Source: a bacterium
Lineage (GTDB): Bacteria; SZUA-182; DTGQ01
Length of the DNA: 39,913 bases
Direction: 5' to 3'
NCBI GenBank assembly: GCA_049472445.1
Contig: JBLIRT010000004.1
Location: 1 to 39,913 of the forward strand
The notes under the pieces are model-generated. The model searched no databases. It was not told the origin of the DNA and saw only the letters and a list, made by a program, of their open reading frames with translations. How positions within the stretch are numbered: the first letter of the stretch is position 1; the number at the start of each line of letters is the position of its first letter. Shown here piece after piece: positions 25,793 through 35,298 of the stretch. Both the position numbers and the translations under genes were made by a program.

Positions 25793-26748
25793 GCCTCCAA
25801 CGCTTCAACAACCGCTGCAGCCAGGAGGGGAATCATGATTTCATGGTGGCCGGTAAGAGAAAATCCCTCTCCCCCTCCGATTACCGGTCTTCGCACCACA
25901 TTGGTCTCAGGTCGATAGTGCTGCCTGAAATCCAGGTTCACCGTGGTAAAATCCTGCAGCGGATATCCCAGGTTTCGGACCAGGGTTACCGCCTTTAAAA
26001 ACACCTCGGGCAGTATCACAGCAGAGCCTATGTTCAGATAAACTCCACCCTGATGGAGAGTGGTGATAAGCGAACAGAAGAGGCGAAAATCCTGCATACT
26101 CCCCAATCCTATCAAATCTCCTCTTGCCTCAGGATGCATATGAATAATATCGGTGCCAATGGCTACATGAACGGTAGTCGGGATTTGAAGCCGGTAAGCA
26201 GCAGCCAGTAGGCTGAAGGACTGAAAGGGGGAATCGATCTCGGCCAGCCGCCTGCCGACCGCCTCACCCAAGCCCAGGCCGGCCTCTACTCCTTCGTTTA
26301 TGGCCTGGTTGAGCATCCGCCCTGTCTCCTCAGCCATACCAAATTCACCCCTGACAATCGCCTGGTCCACATCTTCCGAGGTCTGCCCATGAACAGCCAC
26401 CTCAAAGTCATGAATGACACCTGCCCCATTCAGGGCCAGTCCAGCCAGAATGCCTCGCTGCATCAGGTCGATGATGACCGGACTGAGGCCGCACTTTATA
26501 ACATGTGCGCCCATGGCCATGATGACTCCCTTTTCACCCTTCACCGCCCCGGCTATTCGATCCACGACAACGCGAAGAGACTCACCCGCCAGAATCTTCG
26601 GCAACCCTTCCATAAAGGCTGCCAGAGTCTGGCCCTTTAGTCCTGGTTTGGCAAAGTGGTCAATTCTCACTTTACTTTTCCGCTCAACGAGCGGCCTGGT
26701 CTTTAATTTTTCAATCTTTATCGGGGAGAATAATTTCCTGAGGCTCAT
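25789..26748 (-). CDS. Conserved hypothetical protein, possibly deoxyhypusine-synthase-like fold
   Basis: The 319-aa ORF loosely resembles the DHS architecture (LQIPTTVHVAIGTDIIHMHP, GGVYLNIGSAVILPE, a C-terminal MIPLLAAAVVE-type helix). The call is from by-eye similarity only. It is translationally coupled on both sides (ATGA overlaps). Confidence 0.35.
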   Translation of the reverse strand: MSLRKLFSPIKIEKLKTRPLVERKSKVRIDHFAKPGLKGQTLAAFMEGLPKILAGESLRVVVDRIAGAVKGEKGVIMAMGAHVIKCGLSPVIIDLMQRGILAGLALNGAGVIHDFEVAVHGQTSEDVDQAIVRGEFGMAEETGRMLNQAINEGVEAGLGLGEAVGRRLAEIDSPFQSFSLLAAAYRLQIPTTVHVAIGTDIIHMHPEARGDLIGLGSMQDFRLFCSLITTLHQGGVYLNIGSAVILPEVFLKAVTLVRNLGYPLQDFTTVNLDFRQHYRPETNVVRRPVIGGGEGFSLTGHHEIMIPLLAAAVVEALEA

Positions 26749-27335
26749 TTCATCTCTTCCCTGGGGAATAGAACACCTTCCACAAGTTCACAAAGAGCAT
26801 GGCCCATAGTAATATGAGTCTCCTGTATCCGGGGTGTCTCCCGGCAGGGCACAACCAGACAGACTTCAGCCACATCTCTTACTTTCCCGCCGTCATGGCC
26901 GGTGAAGGCTACCGTAAAGAGCCCCATCTCCCTCCCCTTTTTCAAGCCCAGGAGGACATTGGGGGAATTACCGCTGGTGCTCAGGCCTATGGCCACATCA
27001 CCCTTCTGGCCGAGGGCTTCGATCTGGCGTGAGAATATCCGATTATACTCATAATCATTACTGATACTGGTTAATACTGAACTATCTGTGGTCAGGGCAA
27101 TGGCCGGCAGGGCCGGACGGTCATACAAAAAGCGGTTGACAAATTCGGCCGCCAGATGTTGCGCATCAGCCGCACTCCCGCCATTTCCAAAGAGCAGTAC
27201 CTTTTTCCCTCCCTTCAAGGCCTGGACCACGTTTAAGGCTACCTCCTCCAATTGCCTTCCCTGTGATTGTAAAAAAGCCTTCTTGACCTCAATACTCCTC
27301 TGAAAAATCCGGGCAATCTGATCCTGCATTTCCAT
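26745..27335 (-). CDS. SIS-domain protein, phosphoheptose isomerase (GmhA/DiaA) family
   Basis: LLFGNGGSAADAQHLAAEFVNRF, LTTDSSVLTSISNDYEY, GDVAIGLSTSGNSPNV and QETHITMGHALCELVE are typical GmhA-family motifs. Confidence 0.8.
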   Translation of the reverse strand: MEMQDQIARIFQRSIEVKKAFLQSQGRQLEEVALNVVQALKGGKKVLLFGNGGSAADAQHLAAEFVNRFLYDRPALPAIALTTDSSVLTSISNDYEYNRIFSRQIEALGQKGDVAIGLSTSGNSPNVLLGLKKGREMGLFTVAFTGHDGGKVRDVAEVCLVVPCRETPRIQETHITMGHALCELVEGVLFPREEMK

Positions 27336-27404
27336 GGCTGTCGTTTCGACCTCCTCGTTTTTAAAAGATGAAAAATATCTCCACTGAAGATCCTTCAGCT
27401 CAGG

Positions 27405-28058
27405 TTATGGTATCGAAGGGAAAGAATGGAAGCAGGCCATAACAGTCTCACCTGCTCTCACCCGGTCTCCTATTTGAGCCACGACGCGGGTATTCTTTTG
27501 AGGCAGGTACAGATCAAGCCGGGACCCGAACTTGATGAGGCCAAAACGCTCCCCCCGAGGCACGATATCGCCCTCCTGTACCTTACAGACGATGCGGCGG
27601 GCAATCAGGCCGGCTATCTGAGTTACGCGTAACGGCCCTCCCTCGGTATCCATGCAGATGGATGTCTGCTCATTGAGCAAAGAGGCCTTCTCCCGAAAGG
27701 CAGGAAGATACTTTCCAGGATTGTATGTCTTCTTTAAGATTTTCCCGTCATATGGCATTCGATTCACATGGACATTAAAAACGGACATGAATATGCTCAG
27801 GCAAATGCTCGGGCATTCCAGGGCCTCGCCGGCCGGTAACTCGCGGATCTGAATCAATTTTCCATCTGCGGGAGACAGGATGGCTCCCTTATCTACGGGG
27901 ATGTGCCGCTCCGGATCCCGGAAAAAATAAAGGGTGAAGAGGGTCAGGGCCAGGAGTATCCCCGCCGGCCAGGAGAATCCTGCCAACAGGGATATAACGG
28001 CCAGAGCAAAGGGAATAGCAATAACGGGGAAACCTTCTTTGGCTATGGGTATTCTCAT
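27405..28058 (-). CDS. psd: Phosphatidylserine decarboxylase proenzyme (short form)
   Basis: The 217-aa ORF has an N-terminal TM segment, VHVNRMP, and the self-cleavage site region GLIKFGSRLDLYLP. Confidence 0.85.
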   Translation of the reverse strand: MRIPIAKEGFPVIAIPFALAVISLLAGFSWPAGILLALTLFTLYFFRDPERHIPVDKGAILSPADGKLIQIRELPAGEALECPSICLSIFMSVFNVHVNRMPYDGKILKKTYNPGKYLPAFREKASLLNEQTSICMDTEGGPLRVTQIAGLIARRIVCKVQEGDIVPRGERFGLIKFGSRLDLYLPQKNTRVVAQIGDRVRAGETVMACFHSFPSIP

Positions 28059-28065
28059 CTCATCA

Positions 28066-29058
28066 TTACTTCTTCAGCCAGCTCATCATACCTCGAATGG
28101 TTGCCCCGATCCTTTCAATCATGTGCTCTTTCTGCTCTCTTCGGAGGGCATTAAAGACCGGACGATGAGCTTGATTCTCCAGGATCCATTCCCGGGCAAA
28201 CTCTCCGGACTGGATCTCGGCCAGAATATCCTTCATCTCACTGCGTACATACTCGTTGATCACGCGGCCTCCCCGAGTCAAGTCCCCATATTCGGCAGTA
28301 TCACTGATGGCCTGTCTCATCCCGGTAATTCCCTTGGCATAAATGAGATCGGTGATCAGCTTGACCTCATGACAGCATTCAAAGTAAGCAATCTCGGGCT
28401 GATACCCTGCCTCGACCAGGGTTTCAAATCCTGCTTTAATGAGTTCTGATAGGCCGCCACACAGTACGGCCTGCTCACCAAATAAATCTGTCTCCGTCTC
28501 TTCGGCGAAGGTTGTTTCCAGAACCCCTGCCCGGGTTGCACCAATGCCCTTGGCGTGCGCCAGGGCCATGTTCCTGGCGTTTCCTGTGGCATCCTGCTGG
28601 ACAGCGATGAGCGCCGGGACCCCCTTATTCTGCTCATAGGTCTCCCTGACCAGGTAGCCGGGCCCCTTTGGAGCCACCATGTAAACATCAATATCATCCG
28701 GCGGCACAATCTGGCCGAAGTGGATGTTAAACCCATGAGAAAAAACCAGGGCCTTTCCCTCGGTCATATGCTCTCTTATATCCCGCTCATATACTTCAGC
28801 CTGGAATTGATCGGGGATAAGAATCTGGATTACATCTGCTTTGGCGGCAGCTTCAGGCGTGGTCATAACGGGCATCCCATCCTTTTCAGCCTGCTTCCAC
28901 TGCGAGCTTCCCTTGACCTCGCTGGCGATAACCTTCAAGCCGCTGTCTTTTAAATTTCTGGCCTGAGCCGCCCCCTGGTTTCCATAGCCGATTATGGCAA
29001 TGGTCTTTCCATTCAAATACTTTAAATCAGCATCATTTTCATAATACATTTTTGCCAT
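28066..29058 (-). CDS. ilvC: Ketol-acid reductoisomerase (class I)
   Basis: [40 protein letters not shown] is followed by the conserved core. A GGGAGG RBS precedes the ATG at 29058. The 32-codon upstream extension in the ORF track overlaps the ilvN 3' end and is rejected. Confidence 0.93.
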   Translation of the reverse strand: MAKMYYENDADLKYLNGKTIAIIGYGNQGAAQARNLKDSGLKVIASEVKGSSQWKQAEKDGMPVMTTPEAAAKADVIQILIPDQFQAEVYERDIREHMTEGKALVFSHGFNIHFGQIVPPDDIDVYMVAPKGPGYLVRETYEQNKGVPALIAVQQDATGNARNMALAHAKGIGATRAGVLETTFAEETETDLFGEQAVLCGGLSELIKAGFETLVEAGYQPEIAYFECCHEVKLITDLIYAKGITGMRQAISDTAEYGDLTRGGRVINEYVRSEMKDILAEIQSGEFAREWILENQAHRPVFNALRREQKEHMIERIGATIRGMMSWLKK

Positions 29059-29077
29059 TCTCTGACCTCCCTGATAG

Positions 29078-29590
29078 TTAGACCTCTGTTGATCGTATCC
29101 CCTCATTCCTTTCTTGTTTCCCCCGGGCCATAGAAACCCTCCCCGTCCGGGCAATCTCCTTGATTCCTATGGGCTTCAGTAAATCAATCAAGGCAGTTAT
29201 CTTATCTTCGCTTCCGGTAACCTCCATGGTCATAGTCCGGGGATTCACGTCAATAATCTTGCCGCGGAAAATCTCAGCAATCCGTAAGATTTCCGCTCGA
29301 TGGGCTTGATGGGCTTCCACCTTGACCAGGACCATCTCTCGTTCCATAAAATCGCTCTGGGTGAGATCGATGACCTTGATTACATCAATCAGACGACGCA
29401 ACTGTTTGATTACCTGCTCAATGATCTGATCATCACCACGCGTGACAATGGTCATGCGGGAAATGGTCGGATCTGTCGTCTCTCCCACTGACAAGCTGTC
29501 AATGTTGAATCCGCGAGCGCTAAACAGGTTAGCAATCCTGGCCAGAACACCAAACTTATTTTCAACAAAAACGGATATGGTGTGTCGCAA
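29078..29590 (-). CDS. ilvN: Acetolactate synthase small (regulatory) subunit, copy 2 (TTG start)
   Basis: It has an ACT domain ([34 protein letters not shown]) and the C-terminal AHAS small-subunit domain ([13 protein letters not shown]). A GGGGGA RBS precedes TTG 29590. Confidence 0.88.
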   Translation of the reverse strand: MRHTISVFVENKFGVLARIANLFSARGFNIDSLSVGETTDPTISRMTIVTRGDDQIIEQVIKQLRRLIDVIKVIDLTQSDFMEREMVLVKVEAHQAHRAEILRIAEIFRGKIIDVNPRTMTMEVTGSEDKITALIDLLKPIGIKEIARTGRVSMARGKQERNEGIRSTEV

Positions 29591-29704
29591 TTCTTTCCCC
29601 CTCTAAGCTCTTCCCCTCAATTTTTTTTCCGTTCTCTGTTCGTGGAAATAAGACAAGGCTCTTTTTCCTGCGGTATATATGGTCTGAAAATCTCATGATT
29701 ATCT

Positions 29705-30193
29705 CTATGGTCCGCTGCTTTTCATGGAAAGGGCGATCATGCCTGTCCTGGCCATCTCATCAATGCCGAAGGGGCTGAGCAGACGGACCATGTTCTGAAG
29801 GACCCGTTCGGTTCCGGATAATTCCAGAGTCAGGGTATCTTCCGACATATCGACAATTTTGGCCCCGAAAACATTTGCAATTTCAATCACTTCGCTACGG
29901 GATCGAGTAGTCGTGGTCCTCACCGTAATAATGGTCAATTCCCGGGTAATAGCCTGATTATATTTCAAGTCAGTTACCTGCAGGACATCCACCAGTTTAT
30001 TGGCCTGCTTCATCACCTGATCCAAGACCTTCTCATCTCCCGCGACGACAATCGTTATCCGTGTAACTTCCGGATTTTCAGTCACTCCGGCGGCCAGACT
30101 TTCTATATTATAAGAGCGACGGGTAAACAGTCCTACGACATGTGACAACACGCCGGGATGGTTCCGTACTAAAACAGAGATAATGTGTTTCAT
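29705..30193 (-). CDS. ilvN: Acetolactate synthase small (regulatory) subunit, copy 1
   Basis: It has an ACT domain (HIISVLVRNHPGVLSHVVGLFTRRSYNIESLAAG) and a C-terminal domain (EMARTGMIALS). Its start overlaps the stop of the upstream large subunit (ATGA). Confidence 0.88.
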   Translation of the reverse strand: MKHIISVLVRNHPGVLSHVVGLFTRRSYNIESLAAGVTENPEVTRITIVVAGDEKVLDQVMKQANKLVDVLQVTDLKYNQAITRELTIITVRTTTTRSRSEVIEIANVFGAKIVDMSEDTLTLELSGTERVLQNMVRLLSPFGIDEMARTGMIALSMKSSGP

Positions 30194-31875
30194 GTATCTT
30201 CCCTATCCATCATTTCATTAATTGCTCCCCCTGGAGGTACCATGGGGTAGACATTTTCTTCCTGGTCAACGTGAAAGTCGATAATTACCGGCCTATCCAG
30301 CTCAATGGCCTTCTGAACGGCTGAAGGAACCTCGGAAGGCTTCTCAACCCGGATGCCTGCCGCCCCGTAACCCTCGGCAATCTTGACGAAATCAGGATTC
30401 CCATTCAGGGGGGTCTGCGAATATCTCTTCCCGTAAAAGAGTTCCTGCCACTGCCGCACCATACCCAGATATCCATTATTTAAAATAGCCACCTTCACGT
30501 TCACCTTATTGTGAACCGCAGTGGCCAGCTCTTGAATATTCATCTGGAAGCTGCCATCCCCGGCAATATCGAAAACGATACGTTCCGGGCAGCCGATCTT
30601 GGCCCCTATGGCGGCAGGGAATCCATAACCCATGGTTCCGAGTCCTCCGGAGCTGATGAAGGTGCGGGGCTCAGTGCATTTATAGTATTGAGCCGCCCAC
30701 ATCTGGTTCTGCCCCACCTCTGTGGTAATAATAGCCTTGCCGCCGGTCAGCTCATAGATTTGCTCCACTACATATTGAGGGCAAATGATCCCCTCCCTTT
30801 TCCTGTAAGATAAGGGGTAGTCCCTTTTCCATCGATTCACCTGCTCCAGCCACCCGGATGGAGACTGCTCTTTCACTCTATCATGCAACTCGGTGAGAAC
30901 TTCTCTGGCATCTCCCAGGAGAGAGGCATCAACGTTGACAATTTTCCCGACCTCAGCCGGATCTATATCAATATGGATGATTTTTGCTTTCGAAGCAAAG
31001 GCTGAAATCTTACCGGTCACCCGATCATCAAACCTTGCTCCTACAGCCAGGAGTAAATCAGATTCGGATACCGCGTAGTTGGCATACCGGGTTCCGTGCA
31101 TGCCAAGCATACCCAGACTCAACGGGTGTGCATCAGGAAAGCCTCCCTTGCCCATGAGAGTCGTGGTTACCGGTATAGATGCCTTCTCGGCCAGCATCCG
31201 CAGTGCCTCGTGGGCACCGGCTGTAATGATACCCCCTCCGGCGTAAATAACCGGTCGTTGGGCTTTCTGGATCAAGGTGATGATCCTTTCCATCTGCTTT
31301 TCACGATCTCTGAAGGGATACGGATACAGAGTTTTTTCAGGTAAGGTCAGCTCGGGAATAGGCGGATTGGCAATCTCATTCGTTTGTATATCCTTGGGAA
31401 GGTCAATGAGAACCGGTCCCGGCCGGCCGGTTTTCGCCAGGTGAAAAGCCTCATACATCACCTGTTTCAACCGTGACGTCTCCTTGACCAGGTAATTATA
31501 TTTGGTGACAGGTATGGAAATCCCATAGATATCTGCTTCCTGGAAGCTGTCATTTCCCAGCATATGCGTTGGAACCTGGCCGGTAAAGGCAACCAGGGGT
31601 ATAGAATCCATGGCGGCAGTGGCTAATCCGGTCACCAGATTGGTGGCCCCCGGCCCCGATGTGGCTATCACTACCCCTGTTTTCCCTGTGGCCCGGGCAT
31701 ACCCGTCCGCTGCATGGATCGCTCCCTGCTCGTGTCGCGAAAGGATATGGCGGATCTTGGCACTATACAGCTCATCATAAATAGGCAATAATACCCCGCC
31801 GGGATAGCCGAAGATGGTATCCACGCCTTGTTCGAGCAGGGTTTCCACGAATATCCTGGCTCCTGTCTTTTTCAA
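30190..31875 (-). CDS. ilvB: Acetolactate synthase large (catalytic) subunit, copy 2
   Basis: Thiamine-diphosphate enzyme motifs are present: [49 protein letters not shown] and [12 protein letters not shown]. Confidence 0.93.
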   Translation of the reverse strand: MKKTGARIFVETLLEQGVDTIFGYPGGVLLPIYDELYSAKIRHILSRHEQGAIHAADGYARATGKTGVVIATSGPGATNLVTGLATAAMDSIPLVAFTGQVPTHMLGNDSFQEADIYGISIPVTKYNYLVKETSRLKQVMYEAFHLAKTGRPGPVLIDLPKDIQTNEIANPPIPELTLPEKTLYPYPFRDREKQMERIITLIQKAQRPVIYAGGGIITAGAHEALRMLAEKASIPVTTTLMGKGGFPDAHPLSLGMLGMHGTRYANYAVSESDLLLAVGARFDDRVTGKISAFASKAKIIHIDIDPAEVGKIVNVDASLLGDAREVLTELHDRVKEQSPSGWLEQVNRWKRDYPLSYRKREGIICPQYVVEQIYELTGGKAIITTEVGQNQMWAAQYYKCTEPRTFISSGGLGTMGYGFPAAIGAKIGCPERIVFDIAGDGSFQMNIQELATAVHNKVNVKVAILNNGYLGMVRQWQELFYGKRYSQTPLNGNPDFVKIAEGYGAAGIRVEKPSEVPSAVQKAIELDRPVIIDFHVDQEENVYPMVPPGGAINEMMDREDT

Positions 31876-31891
31876 TTGAGAAACTCTCCTT

Positions 31892-33562
31892 TCAGGATAA
31901 AATCATCTCAGCCAGTCCTGCACCCGCAGGAACCATAGGAAAGACATTCTCCTCACGCGCTACTCGAAAGTCGATTACTACCGGCTTCTTGACCGAAACA
32001 GCCTCGGCAATGACCGAGCTGATTTCGCTGGGTCTCGTGGCCCGCAGCCCTACAGCTCCATAAGCTTCAGCCAATTTCACAAAATCGGGCGCAACTTCCA
32101 TTGGTGTAGCCGAATACCGCTTGTTCATAAACAATTCCTGCCACTGCCGAACCATTCCCAGGTACTGATTATTGAGAATAGCTATCTTAACCGGCACCTG
32201 GTATTGGACCGCGGTGGCCAACTCCTGGGAAACCATCTGGAAACTCCCGTCTCCTGCAATATCGAAAACGATCCGGTCAGGACAGGCTATCTGAGCTCCG
32301 ATGGCCGCCGGAAAGCCAAAGCCCATGGTTCCCAGCCCCCCGGAAGTTATCAATGTCCGGTCGGCATTGAATTTATAATAATGAGCAACCCACATTTGAT
32401 GCTGTCCTACCTCCGTGGCGATAATAGCCTTATCGTTAACCAGTCTGTAAATCTCCTCTATCACGTATTGAGGCTTGATAACTTCCTCACTCTTCTGATA
32501 AGAGAGGGGAAACTCCTTTTTCCATGCTTCAATCTGCTGGAGCCAGGCTGAATAATCACCCGGAATGACAGCTTCATTGATCTTTTGCAGGGTCAGTCTG
32601 GCGTCTCCGACAATGGGTAAATGGACCTTAACGCTTTTACTGATAGCCGCCGGATCAATATCTATGTGAATATATTTGGCCTTTGATGCAAATTTGGCCA
32701 GATTTCCGGTAACCCGGTCATCAAACCGGGCGCCAACCGCAATAAGTAAATCACACTGGGTCACCGCCAAATTGGCATACTTGGTTCCATGCATACCCAG
32801 CATGCCCAGAAACAGTGGATGATCCCCCGGTATGCCGCCCAGCCCCAAAAGGGTGTTGGTAACCGGAATTCCGGCCTTTTGAACAAAGGCCAGTAATTCT
32901 TCCATAGCTCCGGAGCGAATAACTCCTCCGCCGGCATAAATGATAGGGCGCTTAGCCTTGTTAATCAGCTTCAGGGCCGCCTCAATTTGCCTGGGATGTC
33001 CTGTGTAATTCGGCTTATACCCTCGGATCGACACCTGTGATGGATACTGAAAGTCTGTCTCGTCCATGAGGACATCCCTGGGAAGATCAACCAGGATCGG
33101 TCCGGGTCGTCCGGTTTGGGCGAGATAAAAGGCCTCTTTTATAATCCCGGCCAGATCCTTCACCCGGCTGACCAGGTAATTATGTTTCGTAATGGAGCGG
33201 GTGATTCCTACGATATCTGCCTCTTGAAAGGCATCATTACCGATCATGCTGGTCGGAACCTGACCGGTAAAGGCAACCAGTGGAATTGAATCCATATAAG
33301 CGGTAGCCAGTCCGGTCACGATATTGGTCGCTCCGGGGCCGGAGGTTACCAGACAAACGCCCGGTTTTCCGGATGCCCTGGCATATCCGTCGGCTGCATG
33401 AATCGCTCCCTGCTCATGGCGGACCGTAATATGCTGGATATCCGGCTCATCATACAGACAGTTATAAATTCCCAAAATGGCAGCACCGGGAAAGCCAAAG
33501 ATATGCTTTACTTTCTCCTCTTTCAGACTCCGCACAAATATTTCCGAGCCGCTGATTTTCAA
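31892..33562 (-). CDS. ilvB: Acetolactate synthase large (catalytic) subunit, copy 1
   Basis: It has the same full AHAS motif set as copy 2 ([53 protein letters not shown]). By eye it is roughly two-thirds identical to copy 2. Confidence 0.93.
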   Translation of the reverse strand: MKISGSEIFVRSLKEEKVKHIFGFPGAAILGIYNCLYDEPDIQHITVRHEQGAIHAADGYARASGKPGVCLVTSGPGATNIVTGLATAYMDSIPLVAFTGQVPTSMIGNDAFQEADIVGITRSITKHNYLVSRVKDLAGIIKEAFYLAQTGRPGPILVDLPRDVLMDETDFQYPSQVSIRGYKPNYTGHPRQIEAALKLINKAKRPIIYAGGGVIRSGAMEELLAFVQKAGIPVTNTLLGLGGIPGDHPLFLGMLGMHGTKYANLAVTQCDLLIAVGARFDDRVTGNLAKFASKAKYIHIDIDPAAISKSVKVHLPIVGDARLTLQKINEAVIPGDYSAWLQQIEAWKKEFPLSYQKSEEVIKPQYVIEEIYRLVNDKAIIATEVGQHQMWVAHYYKFNADRTLITSGGLGTMGFGFPAAIGAQIACPDRIVFDIAGDGSFQMVSQELATAVQYQVPVKIAILNNQYLGMVRQWQELFMNKRYSATPMEVAPDFVKLAEAYGAVGLRATRPSEISSVIAEAVSVKKPVVIDFRVAREENVFPMVPAGAGLAEMILS

Positions 33563-33628
33563 GGCTTACTCCTTATATAAAAGATTGGTCAAAGGAACCA
33601 AAGGGAGGGTCATATTGAATTGAAACTT

Positions 33629-35284
33629 CTATTTTCGGAAGACAGCCCCGGTATTCGCTGAAGTTACTAATTGGGCATACCGCTTCAGATATCCTTTTTT
33701 CACACGCCCTTCGGGAGGAGTCCACTTCTTTCTCCGCTCAGCCGCTGTGCTCTCGTCGATCTCCCAGTTCAGCTTACGCCCGGGTATATCAATACTGATC
33801 ATATCTCCATCCTGAACCAGGGCTATGGGACCTCCCTCCATGGCCTCGGGAGATGTATGGCCGATACAGGGCCCCCGGGTGCCTCCCGAAAACCGGCCAT
33901 CGGTAATTAAAGCCACCTTTTCAGATAATCCCATACCAACCAGGGCGGAAGTAGGTGATAACATCTCCCGCATGCCGGGGCCTCCCTTGGGACCCTCATA
34001 CCGGATGATAACGACACTTCCCTCGCTCATATCCTTTTTCATAATAGCCTGCATGGCCTGCTCTTCAGAATCGAAGACGCGGGCCCGACCGGTAAAACGC
34101 ATAGCCTTCTCACTCACTGCTGACTGTTTGACAATGGCTCCGTCCGGAGCCAGATTTCCCCGCAAAACGGCAATCCCACCTTCCTTATGATAAGGGTTTT
34201 CCATGGGGCGAATAATGTCCTCATCAAAAATCTCGGCCTCAGCAGCAATCCTGGTAATGGAGCAGCCCGCTACGGTCGGATTGTCCTTCAGTTTTCCGGC
34301 CAATCTTTTTAAAACGGCGGGAATCCCTCCGGCATATTCCAGATCTTCCATGAAATAGTCTCCACCCGGCCGTAAACTGGATATATGGGGCGTATCTTTA
34401 CTCAAGCGATCAAAAAGATCCAGGGAGACATTCACCTCGGCATCAGCGGCTATAGCCGGAATATGCAGAACGGTATTGGTCGATCCTCCCAGGGCCATAT
34501 CAATTCTTATGGCATTTTCAAAAGCAGCCTGCGTCATGATCTGACGGGGAGTTATCCCCTCCCTGATCAGGGAGATGATCTGACGTCCACTCTCGTAAGC
34601 CAGCCTCCTCTTCTTGGCTGATACAGCCAGGGCCGTAGCCGACCCCGGCAGTGACATGCCGAGTGCCTCGGTCACGCAAGCCATGGTATTAGCCGTGTAT
34701 AAACCCTGGCACGAACCAACACCCGGGCAGGCCTCGAGCTCCAGAGCAGCCACCTCGTCTTCCGGGATAAGCCCCTGCTGGCATCGTCCTACCGCCTCAA
34801 AGGTATCTCGTACCAGTGATAGTTTTCGCATTTTATATCGACCTGAAAGCATGGGGCCGGCCGTTACGACTATGGCCGGAATATCCAGTCGGCCAGCAGC
34901 CATAAGCATTCCGGGAGTGATTTTATCACAATTGGTGAGCAGGATCACCCCATCAAGGGAATGAGCGGAAACAATCGTTTCCACCATGTCGGCGATCAAC
35001 TCGCGAGAAGGCAGAGAGTATTTCATACCGGCATGTCCCATGGCGATACCATCACAAATACCTGGAATTCCAAAAAGAAAGGCGTATCCTCCGCCGGAAT
35101 GAATACCTTTCTCAATGGCCCTTTCAAGATCTCTCATGCCGACATGCCCTGGAATCAAATCAGTAAAGGATGAGGCGACTCCTACCTTCGGCAGATCCAG
35201 AGCGCTTTTTGGAAACCCGGTTCCGTACAATAAGGCCCGATGCGGTGCTCTTTCTAATCCTTTGGTGATATTATTACTTCTCAT
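33629..35284 (-). CDS. ilvD: Dihydroxy-acid dehydratase
   Basis: [37 protein letters not shown] and TDGRFSGGT are present. The ORF is open to the ATG at 35296, but the ATG at 35284 matches the conserved N-terminus and has a GGGGAG RBS. Confidence 0.93.
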   Translation of the reverse strand: MRSNNITKGLERAPHRALLYGTGFPKSALDLPKVGVASSFTDLIPGHVGMRDLERAIEKGIHSGGGYAFLFGIPGICDGIAMGHAGMKYSLPSRELIADMVETIVSAHSLDGVILLTNCDKITPGMLMAAGRLDIPAIVVTAGPMLSGRYKMRKLSLVRDTFEAVGRCQQGLIPEDEVAALELEACPGVGSCQGLYTANTMACVTEALGMSLPGSATALAVSAKKRRLAYESGRQIISLIREGITPRQIMTQAAFENAIRIDMALGGSTNTVLHIPAIAADAEVNVSLDLFDRLSKDTPHISSLRPGGDYFMEDLEYAGGIPAVLKRLAGKLKDNPTVAGCSITRIAAEAEIFDEDIIRPMENPYHKEGGIAVLRGNLAPDGAIVKQSAVSEKAMRFTGRARVFDSEEQAMQAIMKKDMSEGSVVIIRYEGPKGGPGMREMLSPTSALVGMGLSEKVALITDGRFSGGTRGPCIGHTSPEAMEGGPIALVQDGDMISIDIPGRKLNWEIDESTAAERRKKWTPPEGRVKKGYLKRYAQLVTSANTGAVFRK

Positions 35285-35298
35285 CTCGCTCCCCATGT

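Noticed and set aside
29059-29154. A 32-codon N-terminal extension of ilvC in the ORF track ([12 protein letters not shown]...)
   Set aside because: The extension overlaps the 3' end of the upstream ilvN gene and is not KARI-like. The internal ATG at 29058 has a GGGAGG RBS and the conserved MAKMYYEND start.
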